From IMG/VR virus record IMGVR_UViG_3300037245_001527, positions 1 through 55,310 of that record: a stretch of 55,310 nucleotides of DNA; one strand, 5' to 3'. A model generated the notes under the pieces. The model was not told the origin of the DNA. It made no database searches and saw nothing but the letters and a program-made list of their open reading frames with translations. Numbering within the stretch: position 1 is the stretch's first letter; every line of letters begins with the position of its first letter. Below, piece after piece: positions 37,529 through 48,065 of the stretch. A program made the translations under genes and the position numbers. This DNA comes from a virus (lineage: Duplodnaviria > Caudoviricetes).

Positions 37529-39181
37529 ATGCACAAATTAGCAGCCTTGCTTTCGGAGCGGCTTTCCTCCGGACTTAAGCGAAAATCAATTGTTCTTCCC
37601 TCCCAGTGGGCTGAAACCTACCGGGAAATGGGACCACCATACCCTGGAAGATGGTCATTCAAACGCCATCCGTGGTTGCGTGGAATGCACGATAGCACGG
37701 CGGACTTCAATGTCGGACAAAAAGCGGCCCAGATGGGTTTCACCGAAACTGTACTTAACATCGTATTTTATCATATTGATATTCATGGTGTTGATTGCCT
37801 CTACGTGTTGCCCGCTAAAACTCCCGATGCTAGTGACTTTAGTGCTGCTCGTTTCGATCCCGCTATCGAGTCTTCGCCGCATCTGGGAAATATCTTCACA
37901 GATGTTAAGAACGTCGGACACAAACGGGCAGGGCAAGCTAACCTGTACATCCGAGGAAGCAAGTCCCGAGCGGGGCTAAAGTCAGTTCCAGTCGGCGTTC
38001 TGGTCCTCGATGAGAAAGACGAGATGCGACAAGAGAATATCCCACTAGCACGCGAGCGACTGTCGGGCTACCATATGGCCCTGACGTGGGAAATCTCTAC
38101 CCCAACAGTTAATGATATGGGGATCAATGTCACATTCAAAGCATCCACCCAGGAATCCTTCTTTTTCAAGTGTCCAGGTTGTGGTAGGCTTATCAATCTG
38201 GAATTCCCCAGGAACATGCAGATTTGCGGCGACGGACCCGAAGATCCCGAAATCATGCGGTCCTATTTGAAGTGCCATCTCTGCGAAAAGAAGTTAGAGC
38301 ACAAAGATAAAGTCAATTTCCTAAGCACAGGTCAGTGGGTTCCCGCGAAACTTCAACGGCCATCACGGGGCTTTGGTGTAAGCCAAATGTACTCTAGCTC
38401 AAAGAAGGCTGAGCCGGGATCATTCATCCATGCGTACTTCCTAGCACAAACGAATCCGGCCGACGAACAAGAGTTCTACAACTCCAAGCTTGGACTCCCG
38501 CACATTGTGGAAGGTGCCAAGCTTACGGACGCAGACATCCAGCGTGTACTGGGCGGGTATCTCAAGCTAGAGTATTGCTCGAACTCAAACAGATGTATCA
38601 CGATGGGCGTGGATGTTGGTAGCTGGCTGCACTATGAAATCGACGAATGGAATCTAACTCCAGGCTCCCCAAGCGTCAACACCCATGCAAAATGCCGCGT
38701 TCTCCGGGAGGGTAAGGTTCGGGACTTCGAGGAACTCGACCAGTTGATGAATGCCTTTAAGGTCAATCATTGCGTTATCGATGCCCAGCCGGAACGTCGA
38801 AAGGCAACAGAATTTGCTCAACGATGGTACGGCAGTGTTAGCCTCTGTCAGTATACACGCGGAATATCAGGCAAGCAGATCCATGTCAATGATGACGAGA
38901 TGACTGTCTCCGTTGACAGAACGTCATGGCTGGATCTCGCTTTGAGTCGGTTCCGTAATGAGTTGATAAGCTTACCAAAAGATACATCGAACGAATACAA
39001 AGAGCACCTAAAGTCATTGGTGCGAATCTATGAAAAAGACACCGACGGTAATCTAGTCGGGAAGTATGTTAAGGGTGACAACAACAATGATCACTTTGCT
39101 CATTCCCGTAATTATGCGGAGATTGCATTACCTTTGGCAGTTTCAGTCGGTGCCCCTCAATCAATGGAGTCTCCCGCATGA
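37529..39181 (+). CDS. terL: Terminase large subunit (lambda gpA-like)
   Basis: KAAQMGFTE (gpA-type Walker A), LVLDEKD, ISTPT, CPGC..CHLC, MGVDVG, NDHFAH. Confidence 0.92.
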   Translation: MHKLAALLSERLSSGLKRKSIVLPSQWAETYREMGPPYPGRWSFKRHPWLRGMHDSTADFNVGQKAAQMGFTETVLNIVFYHIDIHGVDCLYVLPAKTPDASDFSAARFDPAIESSPHLGNIFTDVKNVGHKRAGQANLYIRGSKSRAGLKSVPVGVLVLDEKDEMRQENIPLARERLSGYHMALTWEISTPTVNDMGINVTFKASTQESFFFKCPGCGRLINLEFPRNMQICGDGPEDPEIMRSYLKCHLCEKKLEHKDKVNFLSTGQWVPAKLQRPSRGFGVSQMYSSSKKAEPGSFIHAYFLAQTNPADEQEFYNSKLGLPHIVEGAKLTDADIQRVLGGYLKLEYCSNSNRCITMGVDVGSWLHYEIDEWNLTPGSPSVNTHAKCRVLREGKVRDFEELDQLMNAFKVNHCVIDAQPERRKATEFAQRWYGSVSLCQYTRGISGKQIHVNDDEMTVSVDRTSWLDLALSRFRNELISLPKDTSNEYKEHLKSLVRIYEKDTDGNLVGKYVKGDNNNDHFAHSRNYAEIALPLAVSVGAPQSMESPA

Positions 39182-40995
39182 TCGATTTTAGTGAAGCAAT
39201 TGCAGCCGGTACCGCCCATGTTAGCCAGATCGTGGCTAACAGTGTGAAGATTGCTGGTCTGCGACATCCGTTATACGAGAAGGACCAAGAAAACTGGATC
39301 AAGTGGCGGTTGACGTACGCAAGTGGTGATGAGTTCATTACCAAGTACCTCAAGAAATTCAGCAAGCGAGAAGGCACCGATGACTTCGCGACCCGGAAAG
39401 AAGTCACTTATGTTCCGGCGTTTGCAAAAGGTGCCGTTTCGGACGTGAAAGATTCGATCTTTCAGCGTATTTCCGATGTGACCCGCGATGGCGGGCCGGC
39501 ATCCTACTTGGACGCAGTCACAGGTAAGACGTTTGGTGTTGATCGTAAGGGTAGCACCATGAACAGCTACATGGGCCGCCATATCCTCCCGGAACTTCTT
39601 TCAATGGGTCGTGTTGGCGTCTTTGTGGACATGCCGCAGATCGGCGGACCTACGCTTGTAGAGAAGGGGTTAGCTCGCCCGTATATCTATCACTACAAGA
39701 CCGAGGATATTTGCAATTGGGTCATCGAGCATGAGGAAGACAACGTAGAGTACACGTCACTATTGTTGCGTGACTTTGCTCTTGGCGAAGACGAGGTGAC
39801 TGGACTCCCAACCGAACAAGTTGAAAGGTATCGTTACTTGTGGCGTGGCGAAGGATGTGTCTTTTGTCAGTTCTTTGATAAGGACTCGAAGCCGATTTCG
39901 CCACAAGGCGAAGAGGGAATAAGCGTTCAGTTCGCACCAATCCCATCGATCCCATTTACTCTCTTTTCCATCTTTGAGAGTCTGATGACGGACATTGCCA
40001 ACTACCAGATTGCACTGTTGAACTTGGCAAGCTCCGATGTCTCGTATGCCTTGCGAGCGAACTTCCCATTCTACGTCGAGCAGTTTGACCCCAAGTCGGA
40101 GAACTTTTTCAATCGGTCGGCCTCGCAAGTTTCGGGTGTGGATTCCGATGGTGTCACGATTGTCCGACCTGGGCAAGCCGAAGATGCAGAAACGTCACGC
40201 AGCAAAGAGATCGCTGTCGGTTCGGCATCTGGGCGTCGTATCCCAAAGGGACTCGATATGCCCGAGTTCATCCACCCATCGCCGGAACCCCTCATGGCTT
40301 CAATGAAGAAGCAAGAGGAACTGAAACGGGACATCCGACAGCTTGTTAAGCTTGCCATTTCTGCCATGGCTACGAAGATGGCTTCGGCCGAGAGTAAGGG
40401 TCATGATGAACGGGGACTCGAAGCGGGACTAAGTGCTATCGGGATGGAACTTGAACAAGGTGAACGAAATGTAGCCCGCTTCTGGACGATGTACGAAGAC
40501 CTCAAGGGAGATGTCCCAACTGTTAGATACCCGACACAATACTCCCTGCGAACCGATAATGACCGACGGGACGAGGCGAAAGAACTTCGCGATTCGATGA
40601 AGAATAACCCGTCGATGATCTACCAGCGTGAAGCCCTGAAACAGATTGTCTCAATTGACCTCGCACATAAAATCTCGGAAGAGAAGCTGAAAAAGATGCA
40701 CGCAGAGATCGATGCGGCACCTGTCATCTTCTCCGACCCCGAGGTACTAAAAGAAGACATCGAGACCGGCTTGATCGATCTGGAAGCGGCAAGCAGAGCT
40801 AAGAATTATCCGGAAGGTTCGGTAAAGAAGGCCAAAGCGGACCATGCCGAACGTATTGCTCGCATCGCCGAGTCGCAAGGACAGGCTCGTGGTACTCCCG
40901 ACCTAGGTGGAGTACAGAACGCCAGCAAGGACGAGAAACAGGACAAGACTTTGGACGTAGTGCCAAAAGATACAACTCGTGGGGAGGGTAAATAA
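39178..40995 (+). CDS. Portal protein
   Basis: Directly follows terL; 605 aa; HPLY..W, GRVGVFVD, YKTEDICNW, IPF motifs. Confidence 0.8.
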   Translation: MIDFSEAIAAGTAHVSQIVANSVKIAGLRHPLYEKDQENWIKWRLTYASGDEFITKYLKKFSKREGTDDFATRKEVTYVPAFAKGAVSDVKDSIFQRISDVTRDGGPASYLDAVTGKTFGVDRKGSTMNSYMGRHILPELLSMGRVGVFVDMPQIGGPTLVEKGLARPYIYHYKTEDICNWVIEHEEDNVEYTSLLLRDFALGEDEVTGLPTEQVERYRYLWRGEGCVFCQFFDKDSKPISPQGEEGISVQFAPIPSIPFTLFSIFESLMTDIANYQIALLNLASSDVSYALRANFPFYVEQFDPKSENFFNRSASQVSGVDSDGVTIVRPGQAEDAETSRSKEIAVGSASGRRIPKGLDMPEFIHPSPEPLMASMKKQEELKRDIRQLVKLAISAMATKMASAESKGHDERGLEAGLSAIGMELEQGERNVARFWTMYEDLKGDVPTVRYPTQYSLRTDNDRRDEAKELRDSMKNNPSMIYQREALKQIVSIDLAHKISEEKLKKMHAEIDAAPVIFSDPEVLKEDIETGLIDLEAASRAKNYPEGSVKKAKADHAERIARIAESQGQARGTPDLGGVQNASKDEKQDKTLDVVPKDTTRGEGK

Positions 40996-42011
40996 TGTTA
41001 CTCTTGATTGACAGTTTTGATACCTATGTAACAGCCGATCTTTCCCGGCGGTATGCGGTATCTGGTTCCCCTACCATTGACGCCGTCGAGATGCGGACGG
41101 GCGTAGGCTGCCTCTTGGCAAACTCGTACCTCCATGGTATTACCATTGCCCAGTCATTCACCGATGACAAGTTCGTTATTGGGTTTTCCTTTAAGACAAG
41201 TGACGCGACCCCTGGAAAGGTAATGCCACTCATGCGTGCAATGGGTGGTGCCACTGTCAATTTGAGCATCGCACTGAACATGGATGGGACACTTACTCTC
41301 TTACGTTCACTCGCGGTGCTCGGCACATCAACAGAAACACTTATTGATGACACCTGGCACCATATCGAATTGATTGGTGAGGTTAGTAACTCAACGACGA
41401 TTGAGTGCATCTTGAAGCTTGATGGTATGACAGTGATAACCGTACCAACAACAGCGGATACTCTCACCGGCGGCGGGCTCACTGGTCTACAGCTTGGCTC
41501 GTACAACACAGGCGGTCCGAACTTCTACTTCGATAGCCTGTACGTTATGGATACGACAGGGTCCAAGAATAATACATTCTTGGGCGACTGTGTTGTTGAG
41601 GCTATCCTCCCTGATGGGAATGGGTACAACAGCGATTTCGACGGCAGTGACGCTGATAAGGTTGACAACTATCTGTTGATTGATGAGGCTGACCCGGATG
41701 ACGATTCAACGTACATCGAAGACGAAGATGTTGGCGGGATTGATGCCTTCACCTATAGTGCCATGGCTGAGAGCCCCGCCACGATTCATGGTGTCGCTGT
41801 TACCGCCATGGCAAAGAAGACAACAGCCAATCTACGAACGATCAAGCAGATAGCCCGCCCGGCGTCGACAAACTACGAGGGTAGCGAACATACCCTGTCC
41901 GGGGGATATGTGTCCTACCAGCACATCTGGGAAGACAACCCGGAAGATGCGGCAGCGTGGGAAGAGGCGGACGTTAACGGGTCAGAATTTGGCGTGAAAG
42001 TGGAGTCCTAA
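40995..42011 (+). CDS. LamG/concanavalin-like virion protein, paralog 1
   Basis: TWHHIEL, YFDSLYV and the conserved C-terminal WEDNPEDAAAWEEAD. Confidence 0.65.
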   Translation: MLLLIDSFDTYVTADLSRRYAVSGSPTIDAVEMRTGVGCLLANSYLHGITIAQSFTDDKFVIGFSFKTSDATPGKVMPLMRAMGGATVNLSIALNMDGTLTLLRSLAVLGTSTETLIDDTWHHIELIGEVSNSTTIECILKLDGMTVITVPTTADTLTGGGLTGLQLGSYNTGGPNFYFDSLYVMDTTGSKNNTFLGDCVVEAILPDGNGYNSDFDGSDADKVDNYLLIDEADPDDDSTYIEDEDVGGIDAFTYSAMAESPATIHGVAVTAMAKKTTANLRTIKQIARPASTNYEGSEHTLSGGYVSYQHIWEDNPEDAAAWEEADVNGSEFGVKVES

Positions 42012-42012
42012 A

Positions 42013-43014
42013 GTGGCACTTCTGGTATTAGAAACTTTTGACCATGTCTTGAATCAAGACAAGTATGAAGTCGAGCACGCCTCGCTGGTGAGTATCTCGT
42101 CAACGTACTCACGTAGACATACTCGAAGTCTAAGGTGCTATGTTGGTTATTACTGTAAGTTCCCCATCCCAGCGAGCGATACGGGCGTGATAGGCTTCGC
42201 CGCATTTATGGCCGGGATACCAACGTCGTGCCCGATAATCCAATTTGTGCGGAATAGCTCTGAGACTTTTGCACTCTGGATTGATGGCGATGGGATAGTA
42301 TCCTTCCGACGAGGATCAACGAAAGTCGCGACGGCCTCCATACCATTTAGGACTTTCACATGGCATTATGTGGAGGTCAAGTGGAACTGCGTCAACAGCA
42401 TCGGTGCAAACACGTTCCAACTCGTAGTCGATGGTACGCTTATCATGGATATTCCAACCACAACAGATTGCCAGAACTATTCCTCAAGCGGCGTTGATGC
42501 ACTCAATATCCAGGGATTTGCTACTTACACTTACTTCAATGATGTGTATATCTGTGATCTTACTGGGTCGGATTGGAATGATTTTCAAGGTGATATTACA
42601 GTTGATGTTCTTCATCCAGATGGTAATGGGGATACAAACGACTTCGTTGGTAGTGATGCCGATAGCACAGATAACTACCTCCTCGTTGATGATGCCACAC
42701 CCGATGATGATTCAACGTACACAGAGTCAGCGACGGTCACGGATGTTGACTTGTATACGTTTGATAATTCTGAGTCGCCCGACACGATCCTTGCGGTAGC
42801 CGTCGATTGCTATTGTATAATGGATGATGCGGGGCCGAAGAGTGGTAAGATTATCACTCGCGTTGGTGGTACAACATACGAAGGCGACGCGTTCAGCTTG
42901 GCAGAGACCTACGAGTATGCAACACAGATTTGGGAACTCAACCCGGATGATTCGGCGGCGTGGGAAGCGGCAGATATTGATGCAGCCGAATTTGGCGTAA
43001 AGGTGGAAGCATAA
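42013..43014 (+). CDS. LamG/concanavalin-like virion protein, paralog 2
   Basis: TWHYVEVK, YFNDVYICD, WELNPDDSAAWEAAD. Confidence 0.65.
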   Translation: MALLVLETFDHVLNQDKYEVEHASLVSISSTYSRRHTRSLRCYVGYYCKFPIPASDTGVIGFAAFMAGIPTSCPIIQFVRNSSETFALWIDGDGIVSFRRGSTKVATASIPFRTFTWHYVEVKWNCVNSIGANTFQLVVDGTLIMDIPTTTDCQNYSSSGVDALNIQGFATYTYFNDVYICDLTGSDWNDFQGDITVDVLHPDGNGDTNDFVGSDADSTDNYLLVDDATPDDDSTYTESATVTDVDLYTFDNSESPDTILAVAVDCYCIMDDAGPKSGKIITRVGGTTYEGDAFSLAETYEYATQIWELNPDDSAAWEAADIDAAEFGVKVEA

Positions 43015-44057
43015 TGGCACTACTTCTGATAGAAGGCTTTGACACATACAACTACGCTACCGACGCGTACCTGGCGTCATCTATAGGTGACTTCCCAATC
43101 GAAAGAACGATTACGAACTCCGGTCAAGGGTCCCTAAATCTCAGCGGCTCATCGACGCTGAAAATAGTAATACCGTTTGGGGGCACAAGTAATGAAGTGT
43201 ATATTGGTTTTGCCTTTTACCAGACAGCCCGTGCGACAAGCGATAATGCGATTTTCGAGTTCCTAGGCGGCGGGGGTGGAGATCTATACCTCACGCAGGA
43301 GACCACCGGGGTCCTCAAGTTCGAGTTATCGGCAGCCAACAAAACACCAACTTCAGGGGCGAACGTATTACAGGTTAACACATGGCATTACATCGAAGTC
43401 AAGATTGTCAAGAAAAACAGCATTGATGCCGGCGATGTTTCCCTCCGTGTTGATGGTGCTGAGTGGATTGAATTGGATGCCGCAACGGACACGCTGTATT
43501 CCGTTAACCCGGCGTACACAGATACTATAGAGTTCAGGTGCTTGACTGGTGCGGAACGGTATATTGATGACCTCTATGTTTGTGATGAGACTGGACCAAT
43601 CAACAATACATTCCTCGGACCTGTTAAGGTAGAAACTCTCTATCCGGATGGTGAGGGCGATGTTAACGACTTCACCGGCAGTGATGCAGACAGTACCGAC
43701 AACCATCTGCATGTGGACGAAGTAACAGGGCAAGATGATGACACGTCGTATGTTGAGTCGGATACTGCTGACCACATTGATCTGTACACTCTCGACGATA
43801 TGGCAGCCACCATCGACATAATTCATGGGATCGACGCTGTTTCAGTAGTCAAGAATGATGTTATGGGTGGTGGTAGTGTGAGACAAGGGGCATCCATCGT
43901 GCGGATCGGTGGATCAAATTACCAAGGCGACACGTTCAATATCGGCAGTCCCTACACGCACAGGCACAACATCCTAGAAGAAAACCCAGATGATGCGGCA
44001 GCATGGGAAGAGGCGGACATTAACGCACTTGAAGCTGGAATCAAAGTGGTAGCATGA
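43014..44057 (+). CDS. LamG/concanavalin-like virion protein, paralog 3
   Basis: TWHYIEVK, YIDDLYVCD, EENPDDAAAWEEAD. Confidence 0.65.
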   Translation: MALLLIEGFDTYNYATDAYLASSIGDFPIERTITNSGQGSLNLSGSSTLKIVIPFGGTSNEVYIGFAFYQTARATSDNAIFEFLGGGGGDLYLTQETTGVLKFELSAANKTPTSGANVLQVNTWHYIEVKIVKKNSIDAGDVSLRVDGAEWIELDAATDTLYSVNPAYTDTIEFRCLTGAERYIDDLYVCDETGPINNTFLGPVKVETLYPDGEGDVNDFTGSDADSTDNHLHVDEVTGQDDDTSYVESDTADHIDLYTLDDMAATIDIIHGIDAVSVVKNDVMGGGSVRQGASIVRIGGSNYQGDTFNIGSPYTHRHNILEENPDDAAAWEEADINALEAGIKVVA

Positions 44058-45274
44058 CCGTATTACGGACAACACAACATGTCGTACAAGTAGCTGAGCA
44101 GAATGATGCTAAGCTCCGGTCGACGCTGCAATATGTTCAGGTCTTGTACACTGAGTTAAGTCTCGACCCTGATGAGGCTCGCGTTACGCAGCAGGTAGTC
44201 GAAGTCCTGCACACAACGGATGCCGTCCCTGAATCCCGGATAACACAACAAACTGTCGAGATACTGTACTCACTTTCAGGGGCACTGAATAAGACAGCAT
44301 CGAATACTCTTGAATTCACGCAAGACATCGATGTTATCGCGATATTCAGCAAGCCAGCGTCCAGTACCCTTACATTCGCAGGGGTAGCTGAGGGATATAC
44401 TGTCGGCAGTCTTGGTAATACTATCCAGTTTGCCCAGGAGCTATCAGTTGAAAAGATACTGAGTCCAGCAGCATACAGTGCGATTGGATTTACCCAGTCC
44501 GCTGTGTGTGCGTACACCAGGGCCCAAGGCCCAAGCTCAATACTCGAATTCACCCAGACGGTCCATTGTGCGAAAGTGCTTCCTGTCCAGGAAGCTAGCA
44601 ATACTTTAGAATTTACCCAGTCCGTATCCGACTTTAGGTCGGCAGACAGTCAGCTTGAATTTACGCAAGCTGTGTCCTGGGCCTGGGGCGGCCAAGAGAA
44701 GTACCTCGAATCAGATCTGACATTCGACCAGTCGGTCGATGTTGACCTTATCATAAATGTGTCGGCGTCCAATACGATTGAATTCGTGAGTGTGGGCAGC
44801 ACTGGCGTCGTAGTTGTCGGTGCGACCGACATGACTCAGATATTGACGTTCAGCCACTTTGCCGTGGGGACGATCGTTAGCACCGATCATTACGTTATGT
44901 TGCAAGCTCCGTTCCCGCGAGTAGAGGCATCGATCATTATACCGGCAGCGGAGTTCGATGATAAGGAAAACGCTCTCGGCGACATGAAGATCAAGCGGTC
45001 CATGGACGGGACCAGACGGACATATGTTAATCGTACCAATTCACGTCGGCTAGCTTACACGTTTGATATGACACGCGAGAAGGGCATGGAACTCCAGGCT
45101 TTCCTCGAAACGTACAACGCCGAGCACCTTCGGTTACACAATTGGAAGGGTGAGATTTGGGATGTTCAGTTGATGACCAATCCGCTTGAGTTCACCCAGA
45201 ATCGTCGTTTCGATCCCGAAGGTGCGAACTGTGCCATCAACCTAGAATTTGAAGGAGTGAAACTCAGTGGCTAG
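44054..45274 (+). CDS. Virion protein with about 10 ASNTLEFTQ-like repeats
   Basis: Repeats TASNTLEFTQ, PASSTLTFAG, EASNTLEFTQ, SADSQLEFTQ and others. Confidence 0.65.
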   Translation: MTVLRTTQHVVQVAEQNDAKLRSTLQYVQVLYTELSLDPDEARVTQQVVEVLHTTDAVPESRITQQTVEILYSLSGALNKTASNTLEFTQDIDVIAIFSKPASSTLTFAGVAEGYTVGSLGNTIQFAQELSVEKILSPAAYSAIGFTQSAVCAYTRAQGPSSILEFTQTVHCAKVLPVQEASNTLEFTQSVSDFRSADSQLEFTQAVSWAWGGQEKYLESDLTFDQSVDVDLIINVSASNTIEFVSVGSTGVVVVGATDMTQILTFSHFAVGTIVSTDHYVMLQAPFPRVEASIIIPAAEFDDKENALGDMKIKRSMDGTRRTYVNRTNSRRLAYTFDMTREKGMELQAFLETYNAEHLRLHNWKGEIWDVQLMTNPLEFTQNRRFDPEGANCAINLEFEGVKLSG

Positions 45275-45716
45275 TCATTACGGTACAACCGCCGAAGCTA
45301 CGATCTACTTCGGCGAGAGATTGAACACAATCCCGTGGGATAATGCCATCCCCGGCGACCGAGTCAAAGCACTTTACATGGCGACCCGAGCAATTGATAA
45401 GCTTAACATCGCCGGTGAGAAACTTGACGATGACCAAGAGCTACAGTTCCCTCGCGTAGGGGACAGCGTAGTTCCGACCGATATAAAGCTCGCTTGCTTT
45501 GAGTGTGCTTTTGCGTTCCTGGACGGTGTGGATATGGAACTTGAACAGAAGAACTTAGGCATGACGTCCGATGCCTTTTCAGGTGCGAGAACCACCTACG
45601 ACTCGTACTTTGTCGAGGAACACATTAGGGCTGGTATCCCAAGCAGCGAAGCTTGGGCATACCTGTACCCATACCTCCGTGATCCTCGCGAACTTATCAT
45701 CAGTAGGGTTCCCTAA
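45267..45716 (+). CDS. Putative head-tail connector (DnaT-like family)
   Basis: EATIYF..W..KALYMATRAID..GEK..QELQFPR..VPTDIKLACFE. Confidence 0.65.
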   Translation: MASHYGTTAEATIYFGERLNTIPWDNAIPGDRVKALYMATRAIDKLNIAGEKLDDDQELQFPRVGDSVVPTDIKLACFECAFAFLDGVDMELEQKNLGMTSDAFSGARTTYDSYFVEEHIRAGIPSSEAWAYLYPYLRDPRELIISRVP

Positions 45717-45727
45717 GGAGACTTGAG

Positions 45728-46555
45728 ATGTTACGAGATTTTTTGACGCAACCGTTTGTGCTTGTCTACGATGACAACGAAGGTGGAGACGATGGCGGTG
45801 GTGACGGCGGCGACGGTGCCGGCGGCCAAAAGAAGGGTGGGGACGACGGTAAGTTGTCTATGACCCAAGACCAGTTGAATAAGATGATGGCGGACAACCG
45901 CCGGAAGATTACTCAACAGAACGAGAAACTGGTTGCTGAGATCAACGGTCTCAAAGATCAGGCGAGTATGACTGCTACCGAGCGGTCGGAATTGGAAGAG
46001 CGTGTGGAGAAGCTCCAAGAGCTTACCATGTCGCACGAAGAGATCACCAAGCGGAACACGAAGAAGGCCAGTCAAGCCCACCAGAAAGAGCTTGATAACC
46101 TTACCAATGAACGTGACCATTGGCGATCCAACTACACCAACGAGCGGGTCAGTCGATCACTACAGGACGCGGCTATCGAAGCCAAGGCCACGGTGCCCGA
46201 ACAGATCGTTTCGCTCTTGGGACCACAAACTCAACTGAGCGAAGTGCTTGGTGAGGACGGGAAGCCCACTGGGGCCTACCAGCCGTTGATTAAGTTCGTC
46301 GATGTCGACGACGACGGCAAACCGACCACCCTTTCCCTATCGCCTGTCGATGCCATGAAACGCATGAAAGAGCTACCAGATCGATTTGGTAATCTCTTCA
46401 TGAATCCTGGTGCCGGCGGCTTCGGTGCCGACAACGGTTCCGGCGGCAAGGGTGGAAAGAAAACGACAATCGACGCCATCAAAGATCCCGCTGCTTATAT
46501 GAAGTGGCGGAAAGAAAATCCCGGTGTCGATCCCACATCCCTTTTGAAAGGTTAA
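45728..46555 (+). CDS. Capsid scaffolding protein
   Basis: Gly/Asp-rich N-terminus, TQDQLN, coiled coil, PGAGG tail; directly upstream of the coat gene. Confidence 0.75.
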   Translation: MLRDFLTQPFVLVYDDNEGGDDGGGDGGDGAGGQKKGGDDGKLSMTQDQLNKMMADNRRKITQQNEKLVAEINGLKDQASMTATERSELEERVEKLQELTMSHEEITKRNTKKASQAHQKELDNLTNERDHWRSNYTNERVSRSLQDAAIEAKATVPEQIVSLLGPQTQLSEVLGEDGKPTGAYQPLIKFVDVDDDGKPTTLSLSPVDAMKRMKELPDRFGNLFMNPGAGGFGADNGSGGKGGKKTTIDAIKDPAAYMKWRKENPGVDPTSLLKG

Positions 46556-46559
46556 TCAA

Positions 46560-47990
46560 TTGATTACGAATACCCAACCGTTCCAACTCGTGTACGCCAA
46601 TAGCCTGGATGCGTTCATCCCGGAAGTGTGGGCGAACGAGTCTGTCGCAATCCTGTTGGAAAACATGATTGCATCCAGTATGGTCCATCGTGACTTCGAG
46701 AACGAACTCGCGAAGTTCGGCGACCTCGTCCATACCCGTAAGCCGGCGGAATTCGTCGCCAAGCGGAAGACGAAGTCCGACGACGTCACCGTCCAGAACG
46801 CGGAGGCGACCGACATTCAAGTGCCGCTTAACCAGCACTTGCATACGTCGTTCACCCTCCAGGATGAGGACCTTACCAAGTCGTTCCAAGAGCTTCGCGT
46901 GCTCTTCCTGGAGCCGGCTGTTGTCTCACTGGCCCAAGCGATGGACAAGATCACTCTTGGCCAGTGCTACCAGTTCATGGCGAATCAGCAAGGCCATCTC
47001 GGTCTTGGTGCTGCCGGTACGATCAAGTCGTACATGATCGATACGCGGAAGCGTATGAGTATCAACAAGGCTCCGGAAGCCGCCCGAACCCTGATTATCG
47101 GTCCGGAAACCGAAGCCCACATGTTGAACTTGGATACGTTCACCGAAGCCGACAAGGTGGGTGATGACGGTTCTGCCCTGCGAGAAGCGAGCATCGGACG
47201 CAAGTTCGGGTTCAATATCTACCAGTGTCAAAACACGCCAAACCCGACTGTTTCCGTCGATTCGGCCGCGTCCAAGATCGATCTCTCCGGCGGCTATGCT
47301 GCCGGCACGACGGCCATCCATGTGGATACCGCCGGCTTGACCGACTTCGAGAATCTGGCTGGTTGCTATATCAAGATCGCCGGCGACGAGACAATCCAAC
47401 GGGTTGCCTCCGAATCCGGTGCGGCAACGCAGGACATCGATCTCGTTATCAGTCCCGGCCTGCGTCACGCTGTCTTGGACGACGCTGTCGTCACCAAGTA
47501 CGAGAACGCCCTCGTCAATGATTCCGACGATTACGCCATTGGCTACGCGAAGGAAATCACGGTCGACGGCTACACCGGCGTTATCGAGCAAGGCACACTT
47601 GTCTCGTTCTCGACCGACGGTGCCCCGAATGTCCCGTACGCCGGCGTCTACTGTGTCATCTCGACCACGGAAACCACCGGTAACACCACGGGCATCACGC
47701 TTGATCGTCCGCTGGCATTGGCCATCGAGGACAATGACGTTATCGATCTCGGCCCGTCCGGGGAAGTCAACTTCGCCTTCCAGCGAAACTGTCTCGCCTT
47801 GGTCATCCGTCCGCTCGTGACGGTTCCCGGCGGCATGGGTGCCATGTCGGCCATCGCGTCGTTCAACGACGTGGCCGTCCGCGTCACCGCCAGCTACGAA
47901 GGTCGTGCCCAGGGTATCCTGATCACGGTCGATCTGCTGTGTGGTGTGGCGACGTTGGATACCAACCTCGCTGCCATCATGCTTGGCTAA
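46560..47990 (+). CDS. Major capsid protein (P22 gp5 coat-like)
   Basis: FIPEVWANE..VHRDFENE..FGDLVH..P, LEPAVVSLAQAMD, IGRKFGFNIY, DLLCGVATL. Confidence 0.88.
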   Translation: MITNTQPFQLVYANSLDAFIPEVWANESVAILLENMIASSMVHRDFENELAKFGDLVHTRKPAEFVAKRKTKSDDVTVQNAEATDIQVPLNQHLHTSFTLQDEDLTKSFQELRVLFLEPAVVSLAQAMDKITLGQCYQFMANQQGHLGLGAAGTIKSYMIDTRKRMSINKAPEAARTLIIGPETEAHMLNLDTFTEADKVGDDGSALREASIGRKFGFNIYQCQNTPNPTVSVDSAASKIDLSGGYAAGTTAIHVDTAGLTDFENLAGCYIKIAGDETIQRVASESGAATQDIDLVISPGLRHAVLDDAVVTKYENALVNDSDDYAIGYAKEITVDGYTGVIEQGTLVSFSTDGAPNVPYAGVYCVISTTETTGNTTGITLDRPLALAIEDNDVIDLGPSGEVNFAFQRNCLALVIRPLVTVPGGMGAMSAIASFNDVAVRVTASYEGRAQGILITVDLLCGVATLDTNLAAIMLG

Positions 47991-48001
47991 GTCTTGTCCC
48001 G

Positions 48002-48042
48002 ATTCACCCTCGCCTTCGGGCGGGGGTGGATTGGTTTCTTTT
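48002..48042 (+). terminator. Terminator after the coat gene
   Basis: ATTCACCCTCGCC-TTCG-GGCGGGGGTGGAT followed by a T-rich tail. Confidence 0.75.
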
Positions 48043-48065
48043 GTTACGCTTAACAAGGTTCATAT

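Noticed and set aside
40995-44057. Diversity-generating retroelement targets among the paralogs
   Set aside because: Similarity is at protein level with general divergence rather than A-specific changes, and there is no RT.
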